DNA from: Podarcis erhardii
Lineage: Eukaryota
Assembly: GCA_964252035.1 (NCBI GenBank)
Contig: OZ176200.1
DNA: 64,000 nucleotides
Strand: one strand, 5' to 3'
Positions 46,601-60,439 of this stretch are shown here, piece after piece. The position numbers were made by a program, and so were the translations under genes. The notes below the pieces were generated by a model. It made no database searches, was not told where the DNA came from, and was given only the letters and a program-made list of their open reading frames with translations. Each line of letters opens with the position of its first letter. Within the stretch, counting starts at the first letter, position 1.

Positions 46601-49365
46601 TGTACAGTGGTGCAGGTCCTGTTTGTAAGGCAGTAAAACAAATTAAATTGTTGCTATTAAAAAGTCCTCAAATATGTGTATGTATTTGTAACTTTTCATT
46701 TACAGGATTGCACACTGAGTGCAATATTAAGTATATTCAAGCCTTTTCCCCTCCCTACCCCAAATTCTTGCAGGTTCTGAGGATTACAACTGGCAATTTA
46801 GGAAATGATCTGGAACAATTGTTCTCTCCTCTTCTTGTCTAACAAAAAATTGTGGCATGGGTGGGGAAGTCTATCACTTATTGCCATGTGCTCAAGTGGG
46901 TGATCTGCAACTAGACAATCATTGAGTGACTTATAGTACAGTCCTGTCTGTATGGCTACTTAGACCCTCCTAGCTAAGCTATGCCACACAAGTGTTCAAG
47001 CTCCTAGGGAGGACATTGTAGCGAGTGTTTGAAATTCCTCAGGTGTGTTTTGCTACTGGCGCAGGTCCAATTGCTATTACATGGAGATCTTCGGGCACCA
47101 GGTTGGTGACCACAGTTTAAACAACTCTGCCTTAGTCTATGGTTAATACCATTTCCATTTCCACTGTGTGTCTTTCTCCTTGCATACTGGCACAAGTGAC
47201 TTATAAGGGCAAGCTACAGTCAAGCAGTGTAGTTAAGATCATAGAATTGTAACATTGGAAGCAGTGTTAGAAACTGGGATATTTGCCACATGGCTCCTGG
47301 AACCTGGGTTACAGGCGGAAAAACATAATGGCTAGGTTATTCCAAGGCTTGCGCAATCTTGCTAAGCCAAGGTTTGGCTTAACATGTCATGTGAACCAGG
47401 TCATGGAGTTTGCTTTCCAAGTTTGCTTAGGATTGCAGCTTTAATTTAAAGTAGCATGTTATTTATGCACAGGATTCTTTTCCCCTTTATTGCTTCTTGC
47501 TTTTGTTGGTCTTTTGTTTTCACCATGTGGAAATATGCGTTGAGTGTTTGCATATAGTCTCACTAAAAGGGCATTATCCTCCTGTGTTCTTGGCTTGAGA
47601 TCATGTAGTTGGAGAAGCTAATTGAACTGCTGAATATGACTGCTACTTCTCTACAGGCAAAAATATTTAACCCAAAAGCTTAGAATCTGACTTTGAGGAG
47701 CCTTAGTGCTCAGTCACTTCCATAATTATTGTGTGTTCTCCTGCTTGGAGTCAGGCCTTGAAGTTGTTTTATGCTGGAGGACACCTTCTGCCAATTAAGC
47801 TTTCGGCTATTTGTCCGATGTAGGAAATAAAATGCTTTAAAAAGAAGAAGACACTAAACTGCAGCCTTCTTATTCTTGGCTTTCTTCTTCAAAAACAGAA
47901 TGTACTTGAAGTAGAACTTGACAGTTATGAATTTTTCAGCGGGGGGTGGGGGGTGGGAGAGCTTTGTTTTGAAATGTTTATTCAAAGGCTTTTTTAACCT
48001 CTCTCTGAGGATGACAAAACACAGTAAGTCCTGGTTGCAGCACAGCAGATTTTAGTTTTAAGTTCTTGAAGTATCTCAGTAGAAAATAAACTGAGGAGTG
48101 GAATGGTTCCAAGGAAAGTAGAATCTGGAATCCTGGAACATGAGTCTGTGTGTATATCAGGATGGTTTATATCTACTGACATCCTTCCAGTACATAAGAG
48201 TTAGCTAAAATGACTCCTGAAGAACCTTTCAACTTTAGTTTAATGTCATAGCTTGCTTGCTTGCATCCATTCTTCCAGCCGACTCCCATCCTCCCTCAGT
48301 GATGATAAACTCCCACCTCACCAATTGAACAGCAACTTGTTGTCTTGCTTCTTGAGCCCCTGATTTGGCAGAACATCTGTAAAGGAACTGAGGGTGTTCT
48401 CTTGAGGTTCTGCTGTGCTCTTATTAGATTCCTCTGACGTAGTTGCTTTGTCTCTCAAAGTGAGGGGAGATAGTAGAGTTTCCCCCTCAACCCTACAGGC
48501 CACTCACCAAAGATAAACACAGAAGCAAAGTACAGAAACTTCACAGGGATACACAGGCAACCAAACTTCCCTCGCTGAAGAAATAAAAGCAGCTGAGTAG
48601 TACAGACAAGAGGGGGGAAATGGCATGGCACAATGCAAAAGAGGTAAGAAGTTGATGTTTGCTTCTCTTTAAATGCCAAGAGGAGTGATGGTATTCCTGT
48701 GCCCACAATTTCCTTATTTTTCTATTTGAGTGGATTCATACAGCCATTTGAGGTGATGGCTGATGTAATGAAGCTATTACAATTGCTGGGTGTGTGGGGA
48801 GAGTGTTTCCCCAAACTTTGACATGTTCTGCAAGGTGATAAATTGCTTGCCTCCTTGTGTATGTTTCTGAGATTTTTCAAGTAGTGATTGTGATGTTGAC
48901 ATGTTTTGAGATTTGCTGGAGCAGTCGTAGGTAATGGCTTCAAACATTTCAGCTGCCATCTTGAAATGGTCATGTGAACTTACCCACTGAATCTCAGAAC
49001 TATGAACACACTTTTGAAAAGCCGACTGAGTGCTAGGAAGGAAGTTGACTCCTGAGACTCAAAGCTGAAAAACAAAGTGAATGATAGAGCGGCAGGTTCT
49101 GGCCTGGAAGAACCTAAAGTTCTGTAAACTATCACAACTATTTTAAAAGAAATGTTACATTTTGAACGTGAAACATGCAAGTAGATATCATTGGCTACAG
49201 ACAGATTCCAGTGGCAGTGCGTGCCAGTCTTCTTGAGTGACTGACTTAGAGCTTGTATGGTAGCCTCTTCATACAGAAGATATAGGGAGAATATCTAATG
49301 ACCACTTTCCCATTAAGTAAAAAAGTACAAAGCGACCATGGTTAGGAAAACATTAAAAGATACTA

Positions 49366-49995
49366 CCGTATTTTTCCGTGTATAAGACACCCCCATGTAT
49401 AAGTCGACCTCTATTTTCTGAGCCCCAAATTAAGAAATATTTTAAACACCAAACAGAACAACTTTGATATTTTATTAAATATTCAAAACACCAGTATATT
49501 TAGTACTGTATATTTAAACATCAAACAGTGAGGCAAGCTGTGTAATGGCAGCTGCTCCTGTCAGCTCAGTGTAACTCCACTGTAGCTGCAGCTCCTGCTC
49601 TCCTGCCTGTGTGTTGCACTTTTGTATCAGTATTTATGGTATGCATCCTGTTTACTCCACGAGTGGCGGCAGATGCGAACACTGATCAAGGAGCTGCGAC
49701 AGCCAGAGCTGCCTGAGTGAGTGTGTTGGGGAATGGGAGGTCTGGGTAGCCAGGGGGCGGCTGAGGGAACCGAGTAGAAGGGACAGTGTCCGGAGTGGGG
49801 GCTGCTGGGGGGGGGAGTACCAGACCAGGGTTCGTCGTGAGGCCAATAGTGAGGGGAAGCTGTGGGGAAAGAATATGGATGGCGGTGTGTATTTATTTAT
49901 ATATTTAATTGCAGCATTCCATCTATAAGATGACCCCCAATTCTTAACTTCAAAAATTTGGGGGAAAATATCGTCTTATACACAGGAAAATACGG
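49366..49995. mobile_element. Tc2/pogo-like (Tc1-mariner) non-autonomous DNA transposon, 630 bp
   Basis: TIR CCGTATTTTTCCGTGTATAAGAC / GTCTTATACACAGGAAAATACGG. TA on the left (49364-49365), not preserved on the right. Subterminal TATAAG..GACC repeats. Confidence 0.8.
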
Positions 49996-51937
49996 GAAAT
50001 TGAGAAGTGAACACAGTTTACAACAATGCCTTCCACCTTAATAACCCCTTTACAAGAATGGTCTGGTTTAAAATGTGGGCTAAAAACCATTATATTAGTC
50101 AATGTATATCTGTTAAAAGTATCAAGCAAGCTTTCAACACTAATGACTGGGTAAACTAATAAAGGGTTTTGACAAATTGTGATAATAGTACAATTAAAAT
50201 ATTTTATTGTAGATTTCTTCATAAACCTTTCATGGTTACCTTGATGCAACCAGAAAGTTGTGATTTAATTTAGAGATTTCCCTTTTCCTGCTGTAATAAA
50301 TGGAAGACTTAGTTTTCTGGCTTTCAGTAAAAGTCAGACTGTATTTAGCTGAGTGTGGCCATAAGCTGGAGAACACATTTTTCATCAGGAGGTGGACATC
50401 ATGAGTATGAAGGTGAATAATAACTTTGATTTGTATGAATGGTTGTCATAGCAGTGACTGTCAGATGCTGGGCTATTTAAAGATTTTGTGTTGATCACCA
50501 CCTTTTCCAGTTGTGGGTTTAAGGTAATAATGGTCAGGAGCTGAGGCAGACTAACTAGAATGCCTAGGTTAATGGGGCAAGAGAAGAATGGGAACCTTGT
50601 GGCCCTCTATACTTTGTTGAACTAAAATTACTGACTGTTGACTATGCTGTCTGGGGCTGCTGGGATTTGGAGTCAAACAACACCTGGAAGACTACAGTTC
50701 CTCATCCCCAGACTAAGAAGTAAGGAAGAAAAACAGAATTCCATTAATAGATCCCGTGAGTTAAAAGTGTAGGAAAAACTGTGCTGTTACCATAGTTATT
50801 CTCCGTAATTTGTAAAGTGGTGTGCTTGCCCACGAAGTAGGTCACTTGTACAGTGCAATTCTGTGCATGCCTTCTTGGAAGTATGCTTCACTGAGTTCAG
50901 TGAAGGCGATTCTCAGGTAAGTGTATATAGGATAGCACCCTAAATCACATTTTCTAATAAAGCCACAGTGGCTGTAAAGTAGTAACAAGCTCAAGGCACA
51001 AAGCAAATTTTTTACTTAATTAGAATTTGAACCCAGGTGTGTCAGGGATAAGTTCTGGATAAAGGAAAGATTTAGGTTATGCATCCTGAAGAGTATCTAA
51101 GAATAGACAGGCAGTGAAATAAGCTAACTGCTTAAGGAGAATGAATATTGTCAACAATAGCTCTCAACATTATCTAAAATGTCAGAAACGGTTATTGGCT
51201 TTGTGTAGGATCACAGAGGTGGATTTGACCTTAAAAGATTCCTCCATGCTTTGAAAGCTAGTGGAGAATGCTATGTGGAAAGTTACATAACCAGCAAGGA
51301 ATGTTATGGTGCATCCAGTGATAGGAGCATATGAGTTAATTTTTCAACTGTAATCCAGAGTTCTCCATAGTATTTTGATATTGTCTAACTGTTGCATCAT
51401 AGATGTGTGATGATGCATTGTTAGGATTTTTATTTTGAAGATTGTGAAACACTTGACTAAGATGGTATGGAAGTTGTTGGTAGATGCAGGTTAGATTTCA
51501 GAAACGTGAGGGTCCCACTCCTTTGATGATTTACAAATTGATTCTAACAGTACAATTATCATACTTCAATTCTATTTATATTTACTCAGAAGCAAGTGCT
51601 GTTGAGCTCAGCGGGGTTTACTCCCTGGGTCATAAGTATAGGACTGCATTCTCAAGGGCACAGGAGCTGCAAATTCATCTAACCTGACTTTATTTACCGA
51701 AAACAATGAGCTTTTCAGTTCACTGAATAATGGGATCACAAATGGTAGAGTCTTGGTGGGGAGGGGGAGACAGAACTATGTCACTGCTGTCAGTCCTGCA
51801 AGAATCATTTCCTGCCTTGCTAGCCTTTTTCCACCTGGCCTGGGAGGACAGGGCCCTGGCTGACTCCAGCTACAAAAGCTAAGGCCGATGGAGAAGCTAG
51901 AGGCCATCTTTGCTGTGAGTCCTGCAGTTCCTGCTGC

Positions 51938-52087
51938 CATGGGTGCAGCCAGGAGTTTTGTTGGGGGGCGGGGAAGACTTTGTTAGAGGGGCAGAACCGA
52001 TGTGATTGGTCAGCTAGTTAAGTATTTCTATTGTTTTACTTGATCTGGAGGGGTAGCTGCCTCCCTGCCCCCACGGCTGCACCCATG
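51938..52087. mobile_element. hAT-type MITE (family 3)
   Basis: TIR CATGGGTGCAGCC / GGCTGCACCCATG. Perfect 8-bp TSD CCTGCTGC (51930-51937, 52088-52095). Confidence 0.9.
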
Positions 52088-52639
52088 CCTGCTGCTCAGG
52101 GTGCCTAGAGGTGCAGTATTGTTTAGGGTTTTTTGGGGGGGTGTCAAGTTTTCATTTTGGAGATGCTTAATTTCTGCTGTTACTTGGTATTTACTTTTTT
52201 GTATGGTTGATGATAGACCGTATCATGACTTATATGGGGATTGTTTAATTTTATTGCATAATTCCTGATTATTTATTTATTGCTTAGGACTACTTTTGTT
52301 ATATTTTTGAAATTATATAAATCTTCATGGTGTAAGCCACCTTGAGCATGGTTTAACTATGAAAAGGTGGCATAAGTGAGCAATGAATATGATAGTAAAA
52401 ATGTGAAGATTTTAATAAACCCTAATAAACTAACAATTAAAAACAACGATCATTTCTAATTCAGGCTGGCAAATAACAACCTGACTGATCTACATGTGGT
52501 AAGTAAGGAGCACTTTCAAGTGGGAAAGGTATACACAAGCCGGTAGTTCTATTCCTTTAAGCTAAATTTAACTTTACACCAGTAGCATATTAGTCTGTCA
52601 TTAACTTCACTGGCTTCCAGTTTGTTTTAAAGTGTTTGG

Positions 52640-52990
52640 TAGCTGGCTACATGAGAGATGGCCTTTTCTGTGGTGGCTCCCAAATTCTTGAATTCTCTTG
52701 TGCTTGCCTGGCATCTCCATTGTGCACATTTAGCTGCTAGGCAAAGCCCAGCCAGTTTTCACAGGCTTTTATTGGATCCTTCTCCTAGTTTTAGCACCCA
52801 CCGGAATTGTTTTTGTTTGTTTGTTTTTGTTTTGGTGTTGCCTTTCTCATTCTTTTATAGTTTTAATTTGATATGTTAATCCTCTTATTTGTATTTGTTT
52901 TGGAAGCCCCCATGAGGCCACCTGTCCAAAGGCAGAGAACTGGTTCTGCAAATAAACAATAAAGTACCGTGGTATGTTGGCAGGTGAGCT
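52640..52990 (+). mobile_element. L2-type LINE 3' remnant
   Basis: GGCCTTTTCTGTGGTGGCTCCCAAATTCTTGAATTCTCT...GGCTTTT, then a T-rich 3'UTR and GGAAGCCCCC...AATAAA; resembles L2 3' ends. Degenerate. Confidence 0.5.
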
Positions 52991-55434
52991 AGTAACTTCT
53001 GAGGACTCATTTGCGTGCCTGTTTTAGCTGCTTCTTCAAAGTTAGGAGTCTGTGCAGGTATGTGTGTGTATGTGTGTTTTCCTCAGTGATGTACTCGGCT
53101 CCCTGAATTAATTGATGTGGGAGGGAAGCCTTACTTTGGTTGGTTGATCATGCCAACTGAATAGATGAAAGTTTGCAGCTGTAAATACATGGTGATTCCC
53201 TCAGTGCCAGTAGTATTCATAAGGACACTCTTCCTATTTCCACATCAGATGGTTTTTCAAAGGAGTTCAGGATTATCATTACTCTTTTCCTTCTTTCTTT
53301 ACAACATATACCTGTTGTTCATAAGAGACTTAACCCCAAGAGCCCTTTTCTTTCCATTTATATACAAAACTAAGCAGAGAGTTCGCTTTTCAGGTGGCAG
53401 AAGCAACTGTGGCTGACAGTTCTCAGCTGAAATCAATGTCAATATTTCCTTTAAATCAGGATCCTTTGCAGTACTTGGTTCTGCCCTGAAGTTGTTTGTT
53501 TTTGTCTTGGAAGCCCTTTTGCCACTGGTGTTTTAATGCAAGAGCGTTTCATGTTCCCAATTTGACGAACAAGGAATTCATTAAGTTGGCCTTTCAGCAC
53601 AAAGTGGTAACTTGTCTTGCAAGTTTTATCACGGAAGTGTCATCTTCATTCATGATTAATCAAGAATACCTTTGTTGGCTTCGCATTTTGTAAGTGCATT
53701 TAAATTTAATCAAGCAATCCGTCAATGAAAAGTCAGATGCCCAAGTTAACACTTTCAGTTGAATGACAGTCCCTATCATGCATTCTTCGTGTAAGAAATC
53801 CAAAAAGAATTTGTTTCCTTTTTTAAAAAAAATCTGGACTGGGCCTCTATAGCAGTCAGTATCACAGGCTGCATAATTTCAGTGGCACTGTCTTATTGGG
53901 TGTTCAGGTGCTTGTCACCCACTTCCTTGCCCCTGGTGTTAAATGCATTGAGTCCTGTAGTTCTCTTGCAGTGACTATCATTACTGTGATGATGAAGACT
54001 CTTGAAGAACCATAAGCAACAGTGCTAATACAGTGTCAAGATCAAAAAATAACAATAAAAAGTGTTTGCTGTGACTGATATTTGTAGCATATTTTTGTTG
54101 AATTAGAAGGACTTTCTGTTGACATACCAGTTTAATCCATTTTTCAGAGATGAGAAGCACGGTGTAGATAAGTGCAAATTGGTAATGTTCAACAAGCCCT
54201 ATCTGCTATTAAAATCAGTGCAGCAAAGTAGAAACATCTTGCTTGCAATGCACCAGCAAAACAAAGAATATTGCAGTGCTGTTCCTAAAGCTGTTCTTAG
54301 TTTTATGACCTTGCATGTTCTCTCCAATTTCTTGACTTCTGCCTGTTGGGGAGACTTCAGCCTGAAATGATTGAACTAGAATATATTGGCAAGTTTGATT
54401 CTATTAATTTAGAACTTAATTAAGAGCAGGTATTTCTCTCACAATGTGTTAAATTAGCAAGCACCCTAGGAATATTGTATTAGCGGTAATTATCGCTACT
54501 GGGTACAGTCATCGGTATCTTATATACCTTTTAACTGGGTTTAGAAATAACACAAAAGGTCCCCCTTGTGTCAAGGTCTTCAAGCCCTGTTATGCTGTCT
54601 GCCAACTAAAGATACGGCTTCATAGATCTTACAAATCCCCGAGGCACCACAATGAATGGTTAACATTTAAAGTGCCGCAAGGCTCCTGATTTGATTGAGA
54701 AGCCTGCAAGCCAAGACTTTTCATAAATGAGAGCACTGCAAAAGCTCTTGCCACAAGAAATGTGTTTGGGGGTCTTATTTGTGGAAATCTCATCTTGGTT
54801 GTAACATATTAGTTCCGTGTCTGACCACCGTGGTTGGTACATCACTGGTGCATGTTGAAGTACAGGCAACAGAACATTCAGTGCTGCGTGCACTGCATCT
54901 GCTACTCTTGTCTGGCACAGCCCTTGACACATTATATTTTGTCTCTCTATAATATCCTCCCACTGCTTCTTGGCCTACAGAGCCCCTCCTTTCAGGAATA
55001 TAAGCTGTTCTTTGGGGCTTGAATAAAGCTATGCCAACATACATCTTTGACTCCCAAGAACTGCTGGAGTGCCTTGAGGAAAAATGTGTGGGGACTTAGA
55101 GAAACTTGTCTAAGTGTTATGGATTTTTGTTGCCAGGTATATCTGCCTCTGGCCTGCTTGGAAAAGCTGCTACTATTGGGCTCTTACAGTACAATCCTAT
55201 ACATGTCTACTTGGAAGTACCGCTGAAGTCAGTGGGACATAGATAGATGTTTATAGATTTGTAGCTTTAATTTTTGCCCCAGAGCTTCTGGTCTCCTATG
55301 GACTTGGAACTTCTGTTGCTGCCAGGCTATTCTGCTCCTGGATGGAAACATGGATCAGCTACATAGCAGCCTGTTCACTCTGGAACAACAGAAGCACAAG
55401 TACACTAGCTCCAACCACTGGCATTGGCCACAGT

Positions 55435-55438
<4 letters not shown>

Positions 55439-55480
<42 letters not shown>
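55439..55480. repeat. (TG)21 microsatellite
   Basis: Directly visible perfect dinucleotide run. Confidence 0.97.
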
Positions 55481-55486
<6 letters not shown>

Positions 55487-57297
55487 AGACAAACCATGCA
55501 GGACATGCTTGAAATCTCACATTCTTTTAACTGGGTACCAATTTTCATGCTGTGAAACCTGGAAGTGGAACTCTGTGCTTCCAGGATACATTTGTGCCCC
55601 CTTATCAGATTCTACCAGCTACTTCTATGCTCTTCAGTGCTGGATTTTGAAAAAAGACCAGTTATGGAGATACATTTTAGTTAGTCAGGCTGAGGATTGG
55701 CTGTAGTTGTGGCTGTAACCTTCCCAACAGTCAGCATAGGCCACCGCATGATAACACTCCATTATGAATCTGCCTCAAGATGGCAACCAGTTGGCTTTTG
55801 TGGCTAGCTTGGCTGCTCATTACTCTTCCTGTTAAATATTGGTAATTCTGATCAACCTGGAAGGGGAGTTATATGGGTTAATTAGTTAATATTGGTGCTG
55901 CATTTGAAGACATTGCTTCCTGTATATGTGCTAAGTATTATTAGGGGTAATTTGTTCCCATCACTGACTCCCATTAGTGTGTTAATATGCTCATCGAGTA
56001 GCTCTAGGCTTCCATGGAAACTAATTTCTAACATAATAATGTGGCATACGCGCTCTCTTTTTTCCCTCTGACTGTCCCTAATTGTTAAAATTATACAAAT
56101 ATATTCTTTTTACAAATGGTATCTGGAACAAATATTAACCAGAGTGCTAATGAAATAATATTGTGTTGAGTTTGATGTGGAATTGAATTCCACATACATA
56201 GAGAGAAGGAAAATTTAGTCAGCGCAGGTAATTGACCATATTACAATAATTTGTTAATTAGTAAATAGTTGTGCTGGCTTTCCTTCACTAAGCATTTTAA
56301 AACTGGCAATATGCAGCATAATTAATTGGCTACCCAGAGCTTTGAAAGAACTTGTAGCAACAGATACTATGGTTAGACATGTTTCCTAAACACCCCCCCC
56401 AAAAAAAACGCCTTTCAGCATTTAACTACTGTGTATTCATGGGTAAGCTCTATTCAGTGACTCAGTGGCCCTGTAGTTGCATTATCCTTATATTACAAAT
56501 GGGTGACTACTGGAAATGCCGCTTTAAATAGAATATCTTTGCTGTTTGTCCTCCACATTGCACACATTATTTATTTAATGCACTCATTTGCCGCCTTTCA
56601 GTAATTCTTCCTATGGTGGTTTACAGTCTGACAGTCAAAATAGAATAGGAAAATACAGTAAAACATTTAAAACACTATAATCATTTCAATATAGTATAAT
56701 TAATCAACATTGTTAAAAACAGCAAGCCCCCAAATCATCCAGCATAATACAGCAAGTACCGCTACCAGACCCCAACCCACAATATTGGCCTACATCTGAG
56801 GCTAAATTACTAGGCCAGAATATGGAAGTGAGTTTTTAAGGCCTGCTTAAAATTACCCAGGAATGGGGCCTGTCTAATATGAACTGGGGTTTACAAATTC
56901 CATAAAGTAGCGAACTCCTTAGGAACCTTCCCATTTTCATATTTATTTGTAAAAGTAATAAGAAGTAATACAGCCAGTAATGCACCTTTGTGTTTTTCCT
57001 TCTAGCTCTGCCTGTAACTTTTATGTAAGTTTTTCAATTACAGCTATTTGGTACTATACCAGGACCAAAGTAGACCCCTTTAGGTCATTCCAGAAGTTAG
57101 CAACGGTTGTTTGTATCGCAACCGAAAGGTATCCTATCATATTTTTATTTAGCAGTTCTGCATCCTCACCCATAAACAAGCTTATCAGAGCTACTTCTAG
57201 GGCCCTTTTTGGTTGGTTGGTTGGTTAGTAATTTTAGATATTTTTCCAATAGCCAAAATGTGGACCTGGGTGCAGGTCCACCACATATGTTTTAGAA

Positions 57298-57434
57298 CAG
57301 GCATGACCAAACTTGGCCCTCCAGCTATTTTTGGGACTACAATTCCCATCATCCCTGACCACTGGTCCTGTTAGTTAGGGATGATGGGAGTTGTAGTCCC
57401 AAAACAGCTGGAGGGCCAAGTTTGGCCAAGCCTG
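57298..57434. mobile_element. hAT-type hairpin MITE (family 2), full length
   Basis: CAGGC...GCCTG termini, internal near-perfect palindrome, perfect 8-bp TSD TTTTAGAA (57290-57297, 57435-57442). Confidence 0.92.
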
Positions 57435-57687
57435 TTTTAGAAGAACCTTTGTCCCCACACCTCTGCCAGCAAAACATCAGGAAAAAAGGTACCCTTCTCA
57501 CATAATTTGCAGCATCAATTATTTGCTAGCATTCATGGTGCTCTGTGTGTGTGTGTGTGTGTGTAAAGTAAATTGTACTTCATTTATGTTACTTTATAGT
57601 GCAGTAAACAGCTCTTAGACTTACTGCTTCTGTACACCATCAGCCAAATAGTTTGATTCTACTCAACTGGTCACTAGAAACTGGATT

Positions 57688-58081
57688 CATTCAGATATTG
57701 TGCCAAAACATAGTTTATACTAACCATAGCTAAGGATCCACACTGTCATTTGACCTCCAAAATACAGGAAAGACAAGCCATGGTTAGAGCTACTTTTGTA
57801 GTTTTGTTTTCCAGTTGCTCAGCACGTGGCTTCATAAGTTCACTTCTTATGAAGTGAGCAGCAGCCTTTTGGTTCACAGCAATGACTATCACTGGTTTGT
57901 TAATGGTTTGTCAATTTAGACAAAAAAAGCAAGCCACAGTCAGATCGCTTTATGATTTGCAAACCAGTTTCAAACTGTGGTTTGGTGTCTTTGTTTGCCA
58001 GTTTCTCACAAGTCATGGTTTATGATCTGATACAGGTTCAGTCATAAAAATAAAACTATGGTTTGGTGTAACATCTGAATG
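57688..58081. mobile_element. Old TIR element with AAACCATGGTTT-type internal motifs (possibly PIF/Harbinger)
   Basis: Imperfect ~28-bp TIR: CATTCAGATATTGTGCCAAAACATAGTTT versus AAACTATGGTTTGGTGTAACATCTGAATG. Repeated ACCATGGTT-like motifs inside. Confidence 0.5.
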
Positions 58082-59849
58082 AAGTGATCGTTGTTATGCC
58101 ATGTAGTATCAGTGACTGGCCTCTTGTTGCTCAGCTTGCTACCACTGAAAGATGCCTTGGGAACCCTATCAAATGTCTTTTTTTCTGTCAGGAACTACAG
58201 TCTTATTCTGGCAGCAGGAGAGGGGGATTAACCTCTTTAGAACATAGATGCCACATGCTTCTCTGTTACTTCTAACATGTACTATGTAGTCATGAAATTT
58301 CAGGACATTACCCAATTTTCCAGTTTTACTAGCACAAGAGACTTGCAGAACATAACTCTTTCCTCCTTAATCTTGTAGTAGTCCTCTGTACACCCTCCAG
58401 AAAGTTGGGCGATCTTGGGAGCAGATTTTGGGAGCATGTTGGTGGAGGAGAGGAGCCTTGTTGCATGAGTGGAGTTGCAGAGCATTGGATGCAACCATCC
58501 GAGAGGCTCTTTTCATAACCCTGACAGAATGGTAAGGATAGAGCTACAAGGGACCACAAGGGCAGTTGCTTAGCAACCATTCCATGACCCCTGGGACAAC
58601 TTAGAAATGACTGAGAAGCATATGGCATGTATGCTCTGGATAGCTTTTTCTTTTGCTAATGTTTCTAAGACCAGAATGAGATAAGTAGCCTTTGTCAGGA
58701 ACATGGAGGCTTTTGACAAGGTATTTGTATCTTTAATCGTTGGCAGACCATGCAAGGGTGCCTCACAGAAAACAAGAAGCCAATAACTTAACTGGTTCGT
58801 TTAGTATAATGGCAACCAGCATGAGCAGGGTAAATGACTCCTAATTTATTGTTCTTTACCAACCTAAAACTTCTTTTTCGTCAAACGTTGACCCATAATA
58901 TTTTCTGTAGCAGTCCAAGTTGTGGCTTTCCCACATACCCATCCTTGGTTGACTTTAGACAAATATGCATTTTTGTTCCAACAGGATTTTCCAATCAGAT
59001 TTAGCGCTGCTAAGCTTGGCTCCATGTTTGCACGAGATTGTTTCCATTTTAGAATTGACGTTTTTTAATTGTGATTTTGTATTGTGTGCTTTAATAATGA
59101 AGTGAACTGCCTTGAGATGAGACCCAATAAAGGAATGGGCTTTTTTAGGGAGGGCTTTTTGCTCCCCAGTACTAAGAGATTTTGACTTACAGAGAGTTCT
59201 ACAGTGAAACTTAGCAAGAACTGAGTTATATCAAAGCTAGACATCATCTTTGCTAGATAAAAAGCTGAGATTCTTATTTGAAGTGTGCTGTTTGATGTAA
59301 CATACCTGGTAGACATGGCGTATCAAAATGTATATGCCTTTTGATCACAATAGACAACACAGAATCTGGATGTCTCGGTTAAAGAGAATCCTGAGACTCT
59401 CCACCTTCCTATAAAAAGGTGGTAGCTAAGTTGGCCTTCATGGTGTGTTTCAGAACTTTCCATGGTTAGGAGCAGGACTTCTGCATGCTTTGAGTTTCTT
59501 CGTTTGTTCTCAGTCTCTTTCATTTCATCCACATTCATGTTTTACCATTAGTATTCAATAAATACTTGTCAGCTATATCTACATTTGTGATGTCTGTGTC
59601 GCCCTACCGTTGCTGTTGGACTGCAGTTGCCATCAGCCCCAACTAGAATGGTCTGTGGTAGGGGATGATGGCAGTCATCTCACCTTTCCGGGGGTGCCCT
59701 CAGGAGCTACTGTTCCACTCCATGGAGGGATAAGTCTCTTAGCAAAACATTCACTAGTGAGGTCATAGTAGTACTATGGATTAGGGTTTTGGACTGAGGA
59801 GTTTCATTCAGCTATGAAACACACTGAGTGATACTGGGCCTGTGAGTGG

Positions 59850-60041
59850 AACACCTTCCCATCAGATGTCGAAGAGATAAGCAATTATACAACTTTCCGA
59901 AGACATCTGAAGGCAGCCCTGTATCGGAAAGTTTTTTATGTTTGATGTTTCACTGTGTTTTTTATATTCCGTTGGAAGCTGCTTAGAGTGGCTGGGTCAA
60001 TCCAGTCAGATGTGCAGGGTGTAAGTAGCAAAATATTATTA
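59850..60041 (+). mobile_element. L2-type LINE 3' fragment
   Basis: ...GTTTTTATATTCCGTTGGAAGCTGCTTAGAGTGGCTGGGTCAATCCAGTCAGATG...AAAATATTATTA resembles a squamate L2 3' end with a (TTA) tail. Confidence 0.55.
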
Positions 60042-60296
60042 GCCAAGCAGTTATCCAAGCTATAGTGTGTAGGACTGTAAATTGTGCTTGACTATTCTCC
60101 TCTTGTGTGAGGCTTGCCTCTCAGTTTTTGGTTCAGCACTGAACATAGCTTGCTTTGATGTCCAAATAAGCCAAGTGTGGTTAATGCTTGTGAACCTAAA
60201 ATCAGGAACCCACTTCAAACTGTAGTGGAAAGCTGAGAGAGAAGCAATAGATGTGAAGGCAGTGTGAATATATGGCTCATTTTCAGTCCTCTAAAC

Positions 60297-60439
60297 TAGG
60301 CATGTCCAATTTACAAAAGACTGCAATCTACTCCCACTATAAATTGTTGAATCTTTTTTGGAAAGCCAAAGTTGTGGAGCTTTACTTTTTTCCGGGTAGA
60401 TCAACCAGTAGATTGCGCTCGACCGGTTGGACATGCCTG
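60297..60439. mobile_element. hAT-type MITE
   Basis: TIR TAGGCATGTCCAA / TTGGACATGCCTG (12/13). TSD CTCTAAAC / CTCTAATA (6/8). Confidence 0.75.

Noticed and set aside
54148-54181. Candidate exon 2 of gene B (TTTTCAG|...TTG|GTAATG)
   Set aside because: In phase 0 it reads AGA TGA (immediate stop), and the donor is weak.
57260-57281. 9-bp-stem hairpin GTGGACCTG-ggtg-CAGGTCCAC (terminator-like)
   Set aside because: Eukaryotic intron, no U-tract, and a stem of this size is expected by chance.
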